DNA of 64,000 nucleotides from Octopus vulgaris (GCA_951406725.2 OX597815.1:196726001-196790000); one strand, 5' to 3'. Counted from the first letter of the stretch, positions 12,176 to 25,927 are shown. Notes: generated by a model not told the origin, from the sequence alone. Numbers and translations are program-made.

Positions 12176-13199
12176 CTAAATACAAATTGATTTTCATTAG
12201 GAACAATTTCTGAACATAGCAATCTACGAACGGTTTGAACATTTTGAAATCTCTAGTATTTTATTATACGCTTTGTTGAACGTATTAGAACTGGGAAACA
12301 TTGAGCAGTCATGAAAGACATGCTCGGTTCGGAATTAATGAACAAACACGAATATATGTTTGCAGTAATATTATTCGAATATGTATACATGCAAAATTTA
12401 AAGCAAGTGAGTAATGCAGGAAATGTGGTAGGAATGTGAGTGAAAGAAATTAGCAGACATATAGACAGGGAAAAAATAATACCACAGGGAAAACAGAATC
12501 CTGATTGACAGGGTGTGGTTCCATGTAAGCTTCTTTTGCGCATGAACGGATTACTTGATGCAAAATGTGAATTTGCTGAGAAGTTGGAGGTAGGTTACAC
12601 ATACGCTGAACGTTGCATTACATACAAACACATATATATAAAAACATACGTTAACATCCATACATAGTTATTACACGTAGATGTTAAAATATGCATTTAA
12701 AAACGCCCATGTATATAATTCAACACACACACACACACACACACACACTCATACACGGCCTCAGACACACATACACACACACACGCATCTAAATATATAA
12801 GCACCATGGTTGTTTCCTTAGTAATATAAAACAAATATATCTATTTCGAGAGATACGCACTCTATTTTTATAAGGCAACTTCCTATCGGTTTTATTTTCA
12901 CTATGAAGCATTCCTCAACCAACGTTCCAACCATTTTATATCTGTTGATTTTTATCATCATATTTCTCATTGTTTACTTAGTTTTATTGTTCCTATGGCA
13001 GGACAACCTATGACGTATACACCGTCTAATTATTATCTATCTATCTATCTTTCTATCTGTTCTGAGGTAAATGACTCCAGTTTCACCGTTTAACTTTTCC
13101 CGATGCCAATGAAAACTATGCACTAGAAAATGTACCGCAGTTGATTTAATTGACTACACCCTTCACTCAAAAGTAGCAATCTCTTGTTGTCTTATGACA

Positions 13200-13660
13200 A
13201 AAGAAGAAGGGGGAGGAAGAGGGGAGGAGGAGGGTGGAAGGGGGGAGGAGGGGGAGGAGGGGGGAGGAAGAGGGGAGGAGAAAAGAAGAAGACGAATAAG
13301 GAGGAGAAGAAGAAGGAGGAGAAGAAGAAGAAGAAGAAAAAGAACAAGAAGAACAAGAACAAGATCAAGAACAAGAAGAAGATGGAGAAGAAGAAGAACA
13401 AGAAAAAGAAGGAGAAGAAGAAGAAGAAGAAGAAGAAGAAAAAGAAGAAGAAGAAGAAGAAGAAGAAGAAGAAGAAGAAGAAGAAGAAGAAGAAGAAGAA
13501 GAAGAGGGAGAAGAGGAAGAAGAAGAAAAAGAAGAAGAAGAAGAAGAGGGAGAAGGGGAAGAAGAAGAAGAAGAAGAAGAAGAAGAAGAAGAAGAAGAAG
13601 AGGAAGAAAAAGAAAAAAAAAGAAGAAGAAGAAGAAGAAGAAGAAGAAGAAGAAGAAGAA
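13200..13660. repeat. (GGA)n/(GAA)n trinucleotide tract
   Basis: Direct inspection; explains the poly-K/R/S/F ORFs. Confidence 0.95.
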
Positions 13661-13847
13661 CCCTTTCTATTAAAGGCACAAGGCCTGAAATTTGTGGGGG
13701 AGGGGGCTAGTCAATTATATCGCCCCTAGGGTATAACTGGTACTTATTTCACCAACACAGAAAGGATGAAAGGCAAATATAATTATAATTATATAATTCT
13801 AATTATTGGTGCTACCTTGTTCATGGCTATTATTATTATTATTATTA

Positions 13848-14486
<639 letters not shown>

Positions 14487-14681
14487 TTTTTTACTTTTGA
14501 AATTTGTACTTGTGCAAGTTGGCTCAAAGTCTTACCCAAAGATTTCAAGAGCCAACAAGTAAGTTGTTATTGAATTATGTTTTTTGAAGAAAGTTATTCT
14601 AATTTTTGCTTGACAAATCAGTATCTTGAGAGGGTAGTAGTTAGAGGTTTCACTGCTACTGGTTGTATTTTAGTCGCGAAG

Positions 14682-14737
<56 letters not shown>

Positions 14738-15019
14738 TACAAAAACGCTATTGCTTGACAAATCAAAGCGTAGTTAGAGGTTTCACTGTTACTTGCTGTA
14801 TTTGTTGACAGAGAATATATGTACCAACCGGAGCAGCAGCAAAAGCAACGATGATCATGAAACAACATTATGTATGAAAAACAGAAATGTAACAACACCA
14901 ATTGTTAACAGCGACGTAAGTAGAAATCAGGGTACGAAAACTAACAAATAAATGTAATATGGGTTCGTTATGCTGTGCAAGAAGTAATTAGATTAAGACC
15001 TCAAGAGTTAAAGAAAAAA

Positions 15020-15184
15020 GGCACAGGAGTGGCTGTGTGGTAAGTAGCTTGCTAACCAACCACATGGTTCCGGGTTCAGTCCCACTGCGTGGCACCTTGG
15101 GCAAGTGTCTTCTGCTATAGCCCCGGGCCGACCAATCCCTTGTGAGTGGATTTGGTAGACAGACACTGAAAGAAGCCTGTCGTA

Positions 15185-15226
<42 letters not shown>

Positions 15227-15450
15227 TGTGTGTGTTTGTGTGTCTGTGTTTGTCCCCCTAGCATTGCTTGACAACCGATGCTGGTGTGTTTATGTCTCCG
15301 TTACTTAGCGGTTCGGCAAAAGAGACCGATAGAATAAGTACTGGGCTTACAAAAGAATAAATCCCGGAGGTCGAGTTGCTCGATTAAAGGCGGTGCTCCA
15401 GCATGGCCGCAGTCAAATGACTGAAACATGTAAAAGAGTAAAAGAGAGTA
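15020..15450 (+). mobile_element. tRNA-derived SINE with internal (TA)n(TG)n and AGTAAAAG tail
   Basis: Head GGCRCAGGAGTGGCTGTGTGGTAAG...GGTTCAGTCCC; many near-identical copies in the window. Confidence 0.85.
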
Positions 15451-15589
15451 TACTAAAATCCTCCTTAGGATGTCTGGCCGAAACAGAATTAAGCATTCCA
15501 AAATCTATTCGAAAAGAAACCAATCTATGAATTATAACTTATAATAAAAGGGTAGCAGTACCGTGCCGAAAAATATAACAAGATTTACT

Positions 15590-16005
15590 GCAGCATATAG
15601 CACAGGATCTCCAAATCGTACGTCGCTAGGGCAGAAATATACGAGCAGTAGAGGTGGAATTCGTGACGCAGGATGAAACCAAACAGCTCTCCACAACAAC
15701 ACTGACGAATTATGAAACTGTCTCATGTCAATCTACATTTACATTAGGATAATAACAATGATTGGCGATGAGCCTCCAAATGTAAACATCTCTTGGTTCG
15801 TGGCAGTGATCCTGGTTAAGAGAGTGAAAAAATAAAATTTGAGCCAGAGAATTGAGCTGTTGATATAAAATAAAAGAAGAAAGCATAGAATCTATCCCGA
15901 ACCGCATCAGTTTGCCTCTCAGCATAAAACATGGCCGTGGAAGGCGCAAGGTCAAGGTGTCACTTGAGTGGGGACAGAGACCATCTCAAGGTTTTATGTT
16001 CACTG
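15590..16005 (+). pseudogene. Decayed Tx1-type ORF1 remnant
   Basis: DLQIVRR*GRNIRAVEVEFVTQDE and VEGARSRCHLSGDRDHLKVLC align by eye with DVVFLRRGKKFGTVEVRFTNKE and VEGRKPRCFLCGQLGHIRRNC of the LINE ORF1 at 50329-52535. Confidence 0.55.
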
Positions 16006-16604
16006 CAAAAAATGCAAGAAGACAGAGCCACGTTTCTGTCGACACCATCAACACGACAGCAATAACACCAACCATATAAACAGTAGCAGCACCAATAGCT
16101 GAAGGCCTGCTTAACGTCTATAATGATTGCAAATGCAACACTAAAACCAGCAGCCGCGAATTAAGCAGTAACAACAACCAATAAATAAATAAATAAATAA
16201 ATATATAAATAAATAAATAAAATAATACCAACAATGCAAATAGCAGAAACAAAACAACAAAAGAATCACCGCTCCCAAAAATTAGCACATCACCAAGAAC
16301 GGAAACTGAAAGCCCACAAATGATAAATCAAGAATTTAATGATGCCCCAAGACAAACCTGTCCTCGCTTGGAAACATTCAGAAATGCTGTAGGAGGAAAG
16401 CAAGGAAGCAATGACAATAAATAACGGTCTAGGATAAAAGTAAACTAAAAAACAATCACCCTAAGACAGAAACCGGGATGAGCAAACGGACGGAAGAAAC
16501 AATTCGTAACGTCAAACCATAATCACCATGTCCAGTAACAACACAAATACTATCAACAACATCATCATTAACACTATCGCTATCAACACAGTCACAACCT
16601 ACTG

Positions 16605-16987
16605 TGGAAGCACTCCGTCGGTTCCGACGACGAGGGTTCCGGTTGATCCGATCAACGGAACAGCCTGCTCGTAAAATTAACGTGTAAGTGGCTGAGCATT
16701 CCACAGACACGTGTACCCTTAACGTAGTTCTCGGGGATATTCAGCGTGACACAGAGAGTGACAAGGCCGGCCCTTTGAAATACAGGTACAACAGAAACAG
16801 GAAGTAAGAATGAGAGAAAGTTGTGGTGAAAGAGTACAGCAGGGATCACCACCATCCCCTGCCGGAGCCTCGCTGAGCTTTAGGTGTTTTCGTTCAATAG
16901 ACACTCACAACGCCCGGTCTGGGAATCGAAACCGCGATCCTACGACCGCGAGTCCACTGCCCTAACCAATGGGCCATCGCGCCTGCA
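16605..16987 (-). mobile_element. tRNA(Arg)-like headed SINE, tail type X
   Basis: Near-identical to 26022-26409 and 35832-36213. Confidence 0.85.
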
Positions 16988-17169
16988 CTCACAACCTACT
17001 AACATAGAGACAACTGTTATTACCGACACAAAACATTACATAAGCAAACCAAGAACAACCGCCAAGGCAAATTACAGCTAAGAAATACATAAATCAGCAC
17101 GCATACATTCCTCAGAATGATTTCATAACAAAGTTAATCCAATCATGAAAGCACAAAAAAACCCCCACA

Positions 17170-17345
17170 AAAACGCGAGGACGTGGAACAAATATAGTAT
17201 TATTGGACGCTCAGGAAAGAAGGAAAGAAGGAGGGTTTAACGTTTCGAGCGGAGCTCTTCGTCGGAAACATAGGAGAAGGAAAGATCCAGAGAAGGAAAG
17301 ACAGAGGAAAATAAATCGCCAACGGTACACACGCGGTCACATTTC
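17170..17345 (-). mobile_element. Mini-element with minimal hammerhead motif (17235-17269)
   Basis: Reverse complement GTTT CCGACGA AGAGC-TCC-GCTC GAAAC GTT AAAC. Confidence 0.55.
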
Positions 17346-17489
17346 ATAACACATACATATGACATATTAACACATATACAAATTATCCGTTAAGAGCGAT
17401 ATATACACAACACCATACGAAACAAATATCTCGACGGAGTACTGAATCACAGAGGTAATATCACCACAAGAGCGACAACATCAGCAATA

Positions 17490-18005
17490 GTGGAAGCGCA
17501 ATGGACCCGCTGTACTCTTCCACTACAACTTTCTTTCACTCTTTCTTCCTACTTCTGCCACAAAGCAGAGGATTCATGTTGTAACCCACTGTGGTGTGGC
17601 AAACTTTCAGACCCTGGTCAAGATTGCGAATCTTCTGTACCCCAGGATGGTTCAGCTCTCTACCCTTTAAAAGCCACCGCTTGCGGAATGAGAATTACAT
17701 CGTAGCTTTCGTTCCCCGTGCAACCGCCAGTCTATCGCGTGTGGTGGGTGGATCTTCAAGTTTGCCACTCGCATTCTTAGTATGCTCGAATTAGAGATTA
17801 CTCTTTGTGGCTAATGGCGTGACTCCTGATTGGAAGAAGAAGAAGAAGAAGAAGAAGAAGAAGAAGAAGAAGAAGAAGAAGAAGAAGAAGAAGAAGAAGA
17901 AGAAGAAGAAGAAGAAGAAGAAGAAGAAGAAGAAGAAGAAGAAGAAAGAGAAGAAGAAGAAGAAGAAGAAGAAGAAGAAGAAGAAGAAGAAGAAGAAGAA
18001 GAAGA
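17490..18005 (+). mobile_element. SINE of the 26022 head family with tail type Y, head internally deleted, ending in long (GAA)n
   Basis: 17508-17835 is homologous to the reverse complement of 20610-20945. Confidence 0.7.
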
Positions 18006-18299
18006 CTTCAGCTGTATAAGCTACAGCAGCATCAACGGCAGGTGGCAGTAACAACATCAACAATAACAGCAGATGCAACACTAAAGCCAGCAGTGACGTG
18101 AGTAGAAATAACAGCGAGAAAATATATTTATAAAGACCTTCTGTGCAAACACACCCAGCCGACCGGTTGGATGGTACGCTAGCCCCTACATAGAAATACG
18201 CTATCACCTTTCTCCTCTTGCCCCATTAACATTTTTGGCCGTGTAACGACGAGATAAATTGTTATACTTACAAATTGGAGATCGTCAAAGTGATGTGGA

Positions 18300-18345
18300 C
18301 GTCTCTGATGAGAATCTAATAAGGTTCGAAAATTGATTAAGGGTA
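18300..18345 (+). ncRNA. Degenerate type I hammerhead motif
   Basis: CTGATGA, stem II GAATCT/AGGTTC, GAAA, short stem III; stem I weak. Confidence 0.45.
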
Positions 18346-18409
18346 TTCATTGTTTATTCATTCTGTGGAGAAATCGCTAAAATTTGCCTTGCTTATAATT
18401 GTATTTAAA

Positions 18410-18648
18410 AAGGCAGGGCGAGCTGGCAGAATCGTTAGCACGCCGGGCGAAATGCTTAGCAGTATTTATTTCGTCTGCCGTTACGTTCTGAGTTCAAATT
18501 CCGCCGAGGTCGACTTTGCCTTTCATCCTTTCGGGGTCGATTAAATAAGTACCAGTTATGCACTGGGGTCAATGTAATCGACTTAATCCGTTTGTCTGTC
18601 CTTGTTTGTCCTCTCTGTTTTTAGCCCCTTGTGGGTAGTAAGGAAATA
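18410..18648 (+). mobile_element. Meta-domain SINE monomer with Tx1-type tail
   Basis: Full match to the family consensus seen elsewhere in the window. Confidence 0.85.
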
Positions 18649-18736
18649 GCTAAATTGTTATATTTACAAATTTAGTGTGTATGCAAGGCAGTATATAAAA
18701 ACAACAATACACACACAAATGCACACTCACACACAT

Positions 18737-18771
<35 letters not shown>

Positions 18772-19494
18772 TGTACACTCTCTCTCTCACACACACACAC
18801 ACAAATGCACACACACTCTCTCTCTCTCACACACACACGCACCGTCGGATAAAATACCTGAAAGTAATTTTTTGTCTTATACAATTAATCTTGCCGAAAT
18901 CAATTTCGTGTTTCTTCGATTCGGTTTGAAAAAATAATATCCAAGACTTTATTGTTGATTTAATCGATTGCCCTCTTTTCTCAAAATCTATAACTGTGTT
19001 TCCATATCAGAAATCACTTCAGTAGTTTAGTGTCAGGTAACAGAAACGTTAGAGTGTTTTGTTAAAATCGCTTCTGACCTATTTCAACCGTTTTATTTTC
19101 ATTTTTTTGCCTTTCAGTTTCATCAAGGACAAATAGTAAACCGTTTAACTGCATTCATTAAAATTAAATAGAATTTCATAGTCTTTCACAGAAATAGAGA
19201 GCCATTAAGTAGGTAGGTAAATATTTTGAAAATACTGAAAGTACATTTACAATATAGTAAAAGCGTTTTTTTTTCTTTTCGCATACGCAGATGAAATACT
19301 ATATTCAGTTAATAAATTTAGTTTCCCTTCCGTATTTGTTGTTGTAGATAAAGGAGAACAGTTATTAGTTCAGTGTAGGATATTCATTTAAATGCCTAAC
19401 ATTATGCGCTCAACGTCCATCGAAGCTATATTTTGCGGTGAGCTGCGGCTATATTTTGCTATATATACTTACGGCTGTATTTTGCGGCTAAAAC

Positions 19495-20263
19495 GCGGCG
19501 AGCTGGCAGAATCGTTAGCACGCTGGCCGGAATGCTTAATCGACTTAATCCCTTTGTCTGTCCTTGTTTTTCCCCTCTATGTTTAGCCCCTTGTGGGCAA
19601 TAAAAAAATAAGAATCGTTAGCACGCCGGCCGGAATGCTTAGCAGTATTTCGGCTACCGTTACGTTCTGAGTTCAAATTCCACCGAGGTCGACTTTGCCT
19701 TTCATCCTTTCGGGGTCGATAAATTAAGTACCAGTTACACACCGGGGTTGATGTAATCGACTTAATCCGTTTGTCTGTCCTTGTTTGTCCCCTCTGTGTT
19801 TAGCCCCTTGAGGGTAGTAAAGAAATAGGTATTTCGTCTGCGGAGGCGGCGAGCTGGCAGAAAAGTTAGCACGTCGGGCGAAATGCGTAGCCGTATTTCG
19901 TCTGCCGTTATGTTGTGTGTTCAAATTCCGCCAAGGTCGACTTTGCCTTTCATCCTTTCGGGGTCGATAAATTAAGTGCCAGTTACACACTGGGGTTGAT
20001 GTAAACGACTTAATCCGTTTGTCTGTCCTTGTGTGTCCCCTCTGTGATTAGCCCCTTGTGGGTTGTAAAGAAATAGGTATTTCGTCTGCCGCTACGTTCC
20101 GTTCTGAGTTCAAATTCCGCCGAGGTTGACTTTGCCTTTCATCCTTTCGGGGTCGATAAATAACGTACCAGTTATGCAGTGGGTCGATGCAATCGACTTA
20201 ATCCCTTTGTCTATCCTTGTTTGTCCCCTCTATGCTTAACCCCTTGTGGGCAATAAAGAAATA
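19495..20263 (+). mobile_element. Nested array of Meta-domain SINEs
   Basis: Full-length copy 19842-20075 flanked by 14-bp GGTATTTCGTCTGC repeats; 5'-truncated copy 19539-19610 flanked by 31-bp repeats. Confidence 0.85.
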
Positions 20264-20594
20264 CATATTTTACATTTGTGCATTCTGAATATAATAATTA
20301 AATTAGACATTTATTTCGAAGGTTTTATCTACACAGCAAAGAATGCAAGAAGACAGAATCACATTTCTGTCGACACCATCAATACAACAGCAATAACACC
20401 AACAATATAAACACATCCCAACAATGAACATACTCTCTAACGGAAAATTCAGACATTATATAATGTACACGTCTTTTTTGTCAGATGACAGCCTGTAAAA
20501 AATATGCGCGAGATGTAACTACTGTGTCTCTGACGGCGAGCGACAACATAGATGTCGCTTCTTGACTTGGTCAGTAATAGCTGATGCTGTTGCT

Positions 20595-21088
20595 TCTTCA
20601 TTGTTCTTCTTCTAATCAGGACTCACACCATTAGCCACAAAGAATAATCTCTAATTCGAGCCTACTCTAAGCTACTAAGAGTGCGTGCGCAACTTGAAGA
20701 CCCACCCACCACACGCGATAGACTGGCGGCTGCACGGGCGCGAAAGCTACGTTGTTATCCTCATTCCGTAAACGGTGGCTTTTAACGGGTGGAAAGCTGA
20801 ACCATACTGGAGTGCAGAGGATTCGCAATCTAGACTAGGGTCTGAAAGTTTACCCCACTATAGTGGGTTACACCATGGTTCCTCTGCTTTGTGGCAGAAG
20901 TAGGAAGAAAATGTGAGAGAAAGATAAGGTGAAAGAGTACAGCGAGCTTCACCACCACCCCACGCTGGAGCCTCGTGGAGCTTAGGTGTTTTTGCTCAAT
21001 AAACATTCACAATGTTCGGTCTGGGAATCGAACCGCGTTCTTACGACCGCGAATCCGCTGCCTTAACCACTGGCCAATTGCGCCTCCA
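20595..21088 (-). mobile_element. SINE with tRNA(Arg)-like head, tail type Y
   Basis: Head GGAGGCGCAATTGGCCAGTGG on the minus strand; tail shared with 17508-17835. Confidence 0.75.
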
Positions 21089-21107
21089 CAGCTCATGCTG
21101 TTGCTGC

Positions 21108-21498
21108 TTGTTTGTTTGTTTGTTTGTTTGTTGAGCGAAGCGGTCTTCGTCTCATGTCTGTAGTGGGAGAAGTCCGAAACGTGGTCCTTTGCTATTCGTA
21201 AGACCCGCAGAAGAGAAAGCAGGTCAACCCCCGACACCGAGAGCATCGACGGATGGATAAATGCGCATCCAGGCTCAGCGGTTGCATAGGAAGTCGGGGA
21301 CAAGGAACAGGAAGAAAGAGTGAGAGAAAGTTGGAGCGAAAGAGTACAACAGGGGGTCGCCACCACCCCTTGCCAAAGCCTCGTGGAGCTTTAGGTGTTT
21401 TCGATCAATAAATACACTCAACGCACAGTCTGGAAATCGAAACCGCGATCCTCCGAACGTGAGTCCGCTGCCCTAACCACTGGGCCATTGCACCTCCA
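21108..21498 (-). mobile_element. SINE with tRNA(Arg)-like head, tail type Z ending in (CAAA)n
   Basis: Same head and middle as 26022-26210 but an unrelated 3' half. Confidence 0.7.
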
Positions 21499-23298
21499 CT
21501 GCTGTTGCTGCCGTAGGTAACACCAGGCCAGTCGTGATTGAGCAGGTCGATCACCATGTGAGTTTCAAGTATGTCCACTTCATCTTTTTAACCCAGTCAT
21601 AGTGTATTCTAGACACACGCTATATAACAATTCCCAGTAGATTAAAGTGTAAAGTAAAGGCTGCATAGAATTTTATTCCAAGTATACCGAGAAAGCTCGT
21701 GCCAGTTACTTTGGGTTCACATCAGAATTAGACATATCTGTGCTCACTTCAATCGATTATGCATTTCTCTAAGTAGTTTGAGGCAGTTCGCCATAAAAAC
21801 AAATTTTATTGTGTGCGTGTATATCTTCCAGATTTTATGGAATGTAATTCCCGTGTTGCCAATCTTCGCCAGAAAGCATTCTCTATTTATTTAATGTAAA
21901 TTTTCTCATAAGTTCCCTGAAAAGAAAAAAATGAAAATACATTGTAGAAATCTATTCAAAATTCATGGGAAAATCACCATCACGGTCACCGCAGTTATCA
22001 TTATCCTATCCTCGCCATCATCTTCGTAGTCATCGTTGTCATCGTGATCATTATCAACATTATTACAATCATGATTTTCTTCATAATTGCCGTTGCCGTT
22101 ATCATCATCATTATCAACAATAACAATGGATCTAAAGCAAACAGCGTAAAAGATTAGAAGACGTGTGCGATTTAAGAATTTTACTATAGCTATTAGCACT
22201 ATTGCTAAACGATTTTCCGTCTGTATCCCACCATATTTATATATATATTACGTATATACTCTAGAGCCAAGTTGTGTAAACACAGAGCTAATTCGACTTC
22301 ATCATTGTTTTTGTGTTTTGCCGTTTGATGATGCTATTGTCTTTTATTGCTTCGTTTCTTAAACATACACCGCCACCTTCGTTTTTCCATTTTTGTTATG
22401 TGAATTGCCAATTACTTCAACGTCCAGGCTTTCCAGACATTATGTACATTTTAACGCTTTTAGTTTTCTTTAAATCGTTTTCTTTCTCCTTTTCTTATGT
22501 TTGTAATGTAACAGATGTAACAAGCATAATCACCTTCCATTACATACAACAGATACTGGAGAGTGATAAACGTTGTTTGATCAACTAAGGCCAAATTGTT
22601 TGCAAATTCCCTTAAAACCACTCAGATTTGAAATGATAGAAAATTAAATATTTACATAAACAAAATACTGAAACTGAAAGAACTACTTGAAACGTTATAG
22701 TTTGAAAGAGATAGGTTTTTCTCCCATTCTTTTCAATTGTCTCATAATATTCAATGCGTCGAACGTGATTCAATTCCGAGTGATTTTGCCGACATTGAAA
22801 GCTTACGTATAGAAAAACTCTAAGATGTCTTAAATTCGGGACAAAACTTATTTTATTAATAAATAGTACTCCAGCTTTAGTGCTAGAGTACTACGATCAG
22901 ATTTAAACAAATCTAAATTATTTGACATCTGTCGGATGATATCGGATTATACCTGAATGGACCTCGAAGTAGACGTATCGAAAACATGCAGTCTCGTTTC
23001 AACGTAGAAATCATTTATTATCGGTCAACTGAGCACTGCAGAAAGCAAGAGGTTTAACTATCAGCAATTCGAAATAAGTTTTATATCAACTAACAGTAAA
23101 CAAGCATAACCAGCGAGTAATGTAAATCTCTAAAAACAATTGAAAAGACAGTATTTTTAGGTAAAAAACAAACAAACAAACCATTGTCAAGTAATTTGTC
23201 CCCTTTTATTAAATTTCACTTGCGTAGGTTTAATTATATACTCCGTCAGCTAAAGTCGAGGTCAGTTAAAATTCATATCACCTATCTTAAACATTATA

Positions 23299-23531
23299 TG
23301 TTTCTTTATTACCCACAAGGGGCTAAACATAGAAGGGACAAACAAGGACAGACAAACGGGTTAAGGCAATTACATCGACCCCAGTGCTTAACTGGTACTT
23401 AATTTATCGACCCCGAAAGGATGAAAGGCAAAGTCGACCTCGGCGGAATTTGAACACAGAAGGTAACGGCAGACGAAATACGGATACTCATTTCGCCCGG
23501 CGTGCTAACGTTTCTGTCAGCTCACCGCCTT
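23299..23531 (-). mobile_element. Meta-domain SINE monomer with TSD
   Basis: Flanked by TTAAACATTATA direct repeats. Confidence 0.85.
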
Positions 23532-24174
23532 TTAAACATTATAAATTGTCAGAACCTAAGTCAGGTGACTAAAGTCCATGAATCACTGGAACAATTCTAA
23601 TGCAGATGATTTTCTCAGAAAATTCACCGTGTATTTTTCAAGAATTCCTTTTACTGGGGTGATGCAAGTTTGCATAGATTTCCTTATCCGCACGAAGATT
23701 GATTACCCACAATGGATTTCATAGCCAAATGTCTTAACAAATAATTATTACTTTATTGACTTAAACACTTATGATACGACGAAGGTACCTCACAACGTGC
23801 TAATAATCGAGACATAAATCGATAAATGAAGTAGTTTCTTCATGGTAAAGCCAGACGTTTTACAATATACCGTTCACATAATTAGATAAACGTAGTGGAT
23901 AATGTACTTGATGCATGATAAATCTGAAAATAAACATTAAATTTAAAGGATAGTCTTTCTTGTAACGGTTTTGATCTTATATGTATTTGATCATAGATGA
24001 ATTCGATAGTATAAACAAACAACAAACGACAATGTACAACACTAAGATACAATTAAAATCATGAAATATCAAGGCAATTTCAAAGAGAAGTCGGAAACTG
24101 AACCGAAGCAGTGCTATGTTTGTGAGAGAACTACGTTTCAAAACTTCGCTACCGTCGTAGTGGAGTGATTGATA

Positions 24175-24356
24175 TTATTTCGTCTGCGTTACGTTGTGAG
24201 TTCAAATTCCGCCGAGGTCGACTTTGCCTTTCATCCTTTCGGAGTCGATAAATTAAGTACCAGTTACGCACTGGGGTCCATGTAATCGACATAATACCTA
24301 TGTGTGTCCTTGTTTGTCCCCTCTGTGTTTAGCCCTTTGTGGGTAATAAAGAAATA
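24175..24356 (+). mobile_element. 5'-truncated Meta-domain SINE
   Basis: Begins at the internal TATTTCGTCTGC site and ends AAAGAAATA. Confidence 0.8.
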
Positions 24357-24442
24357 GGTATAACGTTTAGCCCCACATCAAAACTAAGAGAGCAGATCAA
24401 TGTTTAAACGCAATCCGGAAGTAATCTCCTAACATTTATTCC

Positions 24443-24760
24443 GATGCTTAGTAGTTAGGGCATTCGGCTCACGATTGTAAGGTCGTGAGTTCGATTCCCG
24501 GCAACGCATTGTGTCCTTGAGCAAGACACTTTTATTTCATGTTGCTCCAGTCCACTCAGCTGGTAAAAATGATTTGTACGTGTATTGCAAAGGGCCGGGT
24601 CTTGTCACACTTTTGTGTCACGCTGAATCTCCCTGAGAACTACTTTAGGGGTACGCGTGTCTGTGGATTGCTCAGTCACTTGCACGTTAATTTCATGAGC
24701 AGGCTGTTCCGTTGATAGTATCAGCTGCGACCCTCGTCGTCGTAACCGATGGAGTGCTCC
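24443..24760 (+). mobile_element. tRNA-derived SINE, second head type with tail X
   Basis: Homologous to 25609-25927. Confidence 0.8.
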
Positions 24761-24778
24761 TTTATATATATACATATA

Positions 24779-25173
24779 TCTTTATATATAAAAGTGAGGT
24801 TGTGTGATGTCTGTCTCCTACGATTTAGATTCCTAACTACTCCCACATTTTGCGGTGCAGTTTAACCAAAACCGGGTATCTTATAGTCGTGATTCATATC
24901 GAGCGCTTCTGTGTATTAGCGCGCGTCTACGATGAGTCTACGATTTAAAACAAATTTACCATCAATTTTTCCCATTTTTAATGCATTTTTGGCATATATA
25001 AGGGAAGTAACTCTCTAAAAATTTATTATTAAATCTCAGAACGTAAAAAGCTACAGTAACACTCCCACTTTGTGGTTAGCCATATTGAGATGGCTATTAT
25101 ACTTTATATCTCTAAAAATGCTTATATAGTTATTTCCCTTACAAACCCGAGCAACGCCAGGCGATACTGCTAG
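24779..25173 (+). mobile_element. Non-autonomous Helitron
   Basis: 5' TC, 3' CTAG preceded by hairpin CCCGAGCAACGCCAGG, inserted between A and T with no TSD; homologous to 60861-61535. Confidence 0.8.
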
Positions 25174-25606
25174 TATATATATATATTATGCCAGCATACC
25201 TCCCAACATATAAATCACTCACACACCAACGTACCTAATACAAAATCCATGTATATTGTCTCTGTTAGTAGCTACTTACTTTTTCTTCTGTCTTACATCT
25301 GCTAATGAGCCGCGAGAATTCCTGGGCAGGCATTAATGCTAAATAGCATTCCTGGCGTGACTTCCGCGTGGAGGTATATGTTCTACAAAACCTCCAGTCG
25401 TTAACTTAAATCCTTATAATACTACTGTAAGAACTAACTTGCCTGTTTTCTTTACTCTGATTTTTAATTAAGTTTGAATTAATTAAAACTGATTTAAATT
25501 GTTTTCACTCTTGCCTATAACATTTATAATTCACTATCGTAATTCTCTCCCTCATTCCCTTTCTTTCTACCCTCATCACTCTACTCAGTTGTATCCCCGT
25601 TTGATG

Positions 25607-25927
25607 TGAGGGCGCGTGGCTTAGTGGTTAGGGCATTCGGCTCATGATCGTAAGGTTGTGAGTTCGATTCCCGGCGACGCGTTGTGTCCTTGAGCAAGAC
25701 ACTTTATTTCACGTTGCTCCAGTCCACTCAGCTGGCAAAAATGAGTTGTACTTGTATTTCAAAGGGTCAGCCTTGTCACTCTCTGTGTCACGCTGATTAT
25801 CCCCGAGAACTACGTTAAGGGTACACGTGTCTGTGGAATGCTCAGCCATTTGCACGTTAATTTCACGAGCAAGCTGTTCCGTTGATCGTATCAGCTGGGA
25901 CCCTCGTCGTCGTAACCGGCGGAGTCT
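25607..25927 (+). mobile_element. tRNA-derived SINE, second head type with tail X
   Basis: A-box TGGCTTAGTGG, B-box GTTCGATTCC; flanked by TATCCCCGTTTGAT direct repeats. Confidence 0.85.

Noticed and set aside
13184-13729. Long Lys/Arg-rich ORFs (also 17791-18207 and 58529-58971)
   Set aside because: Translations of (GAA)n tracts, open in several frames
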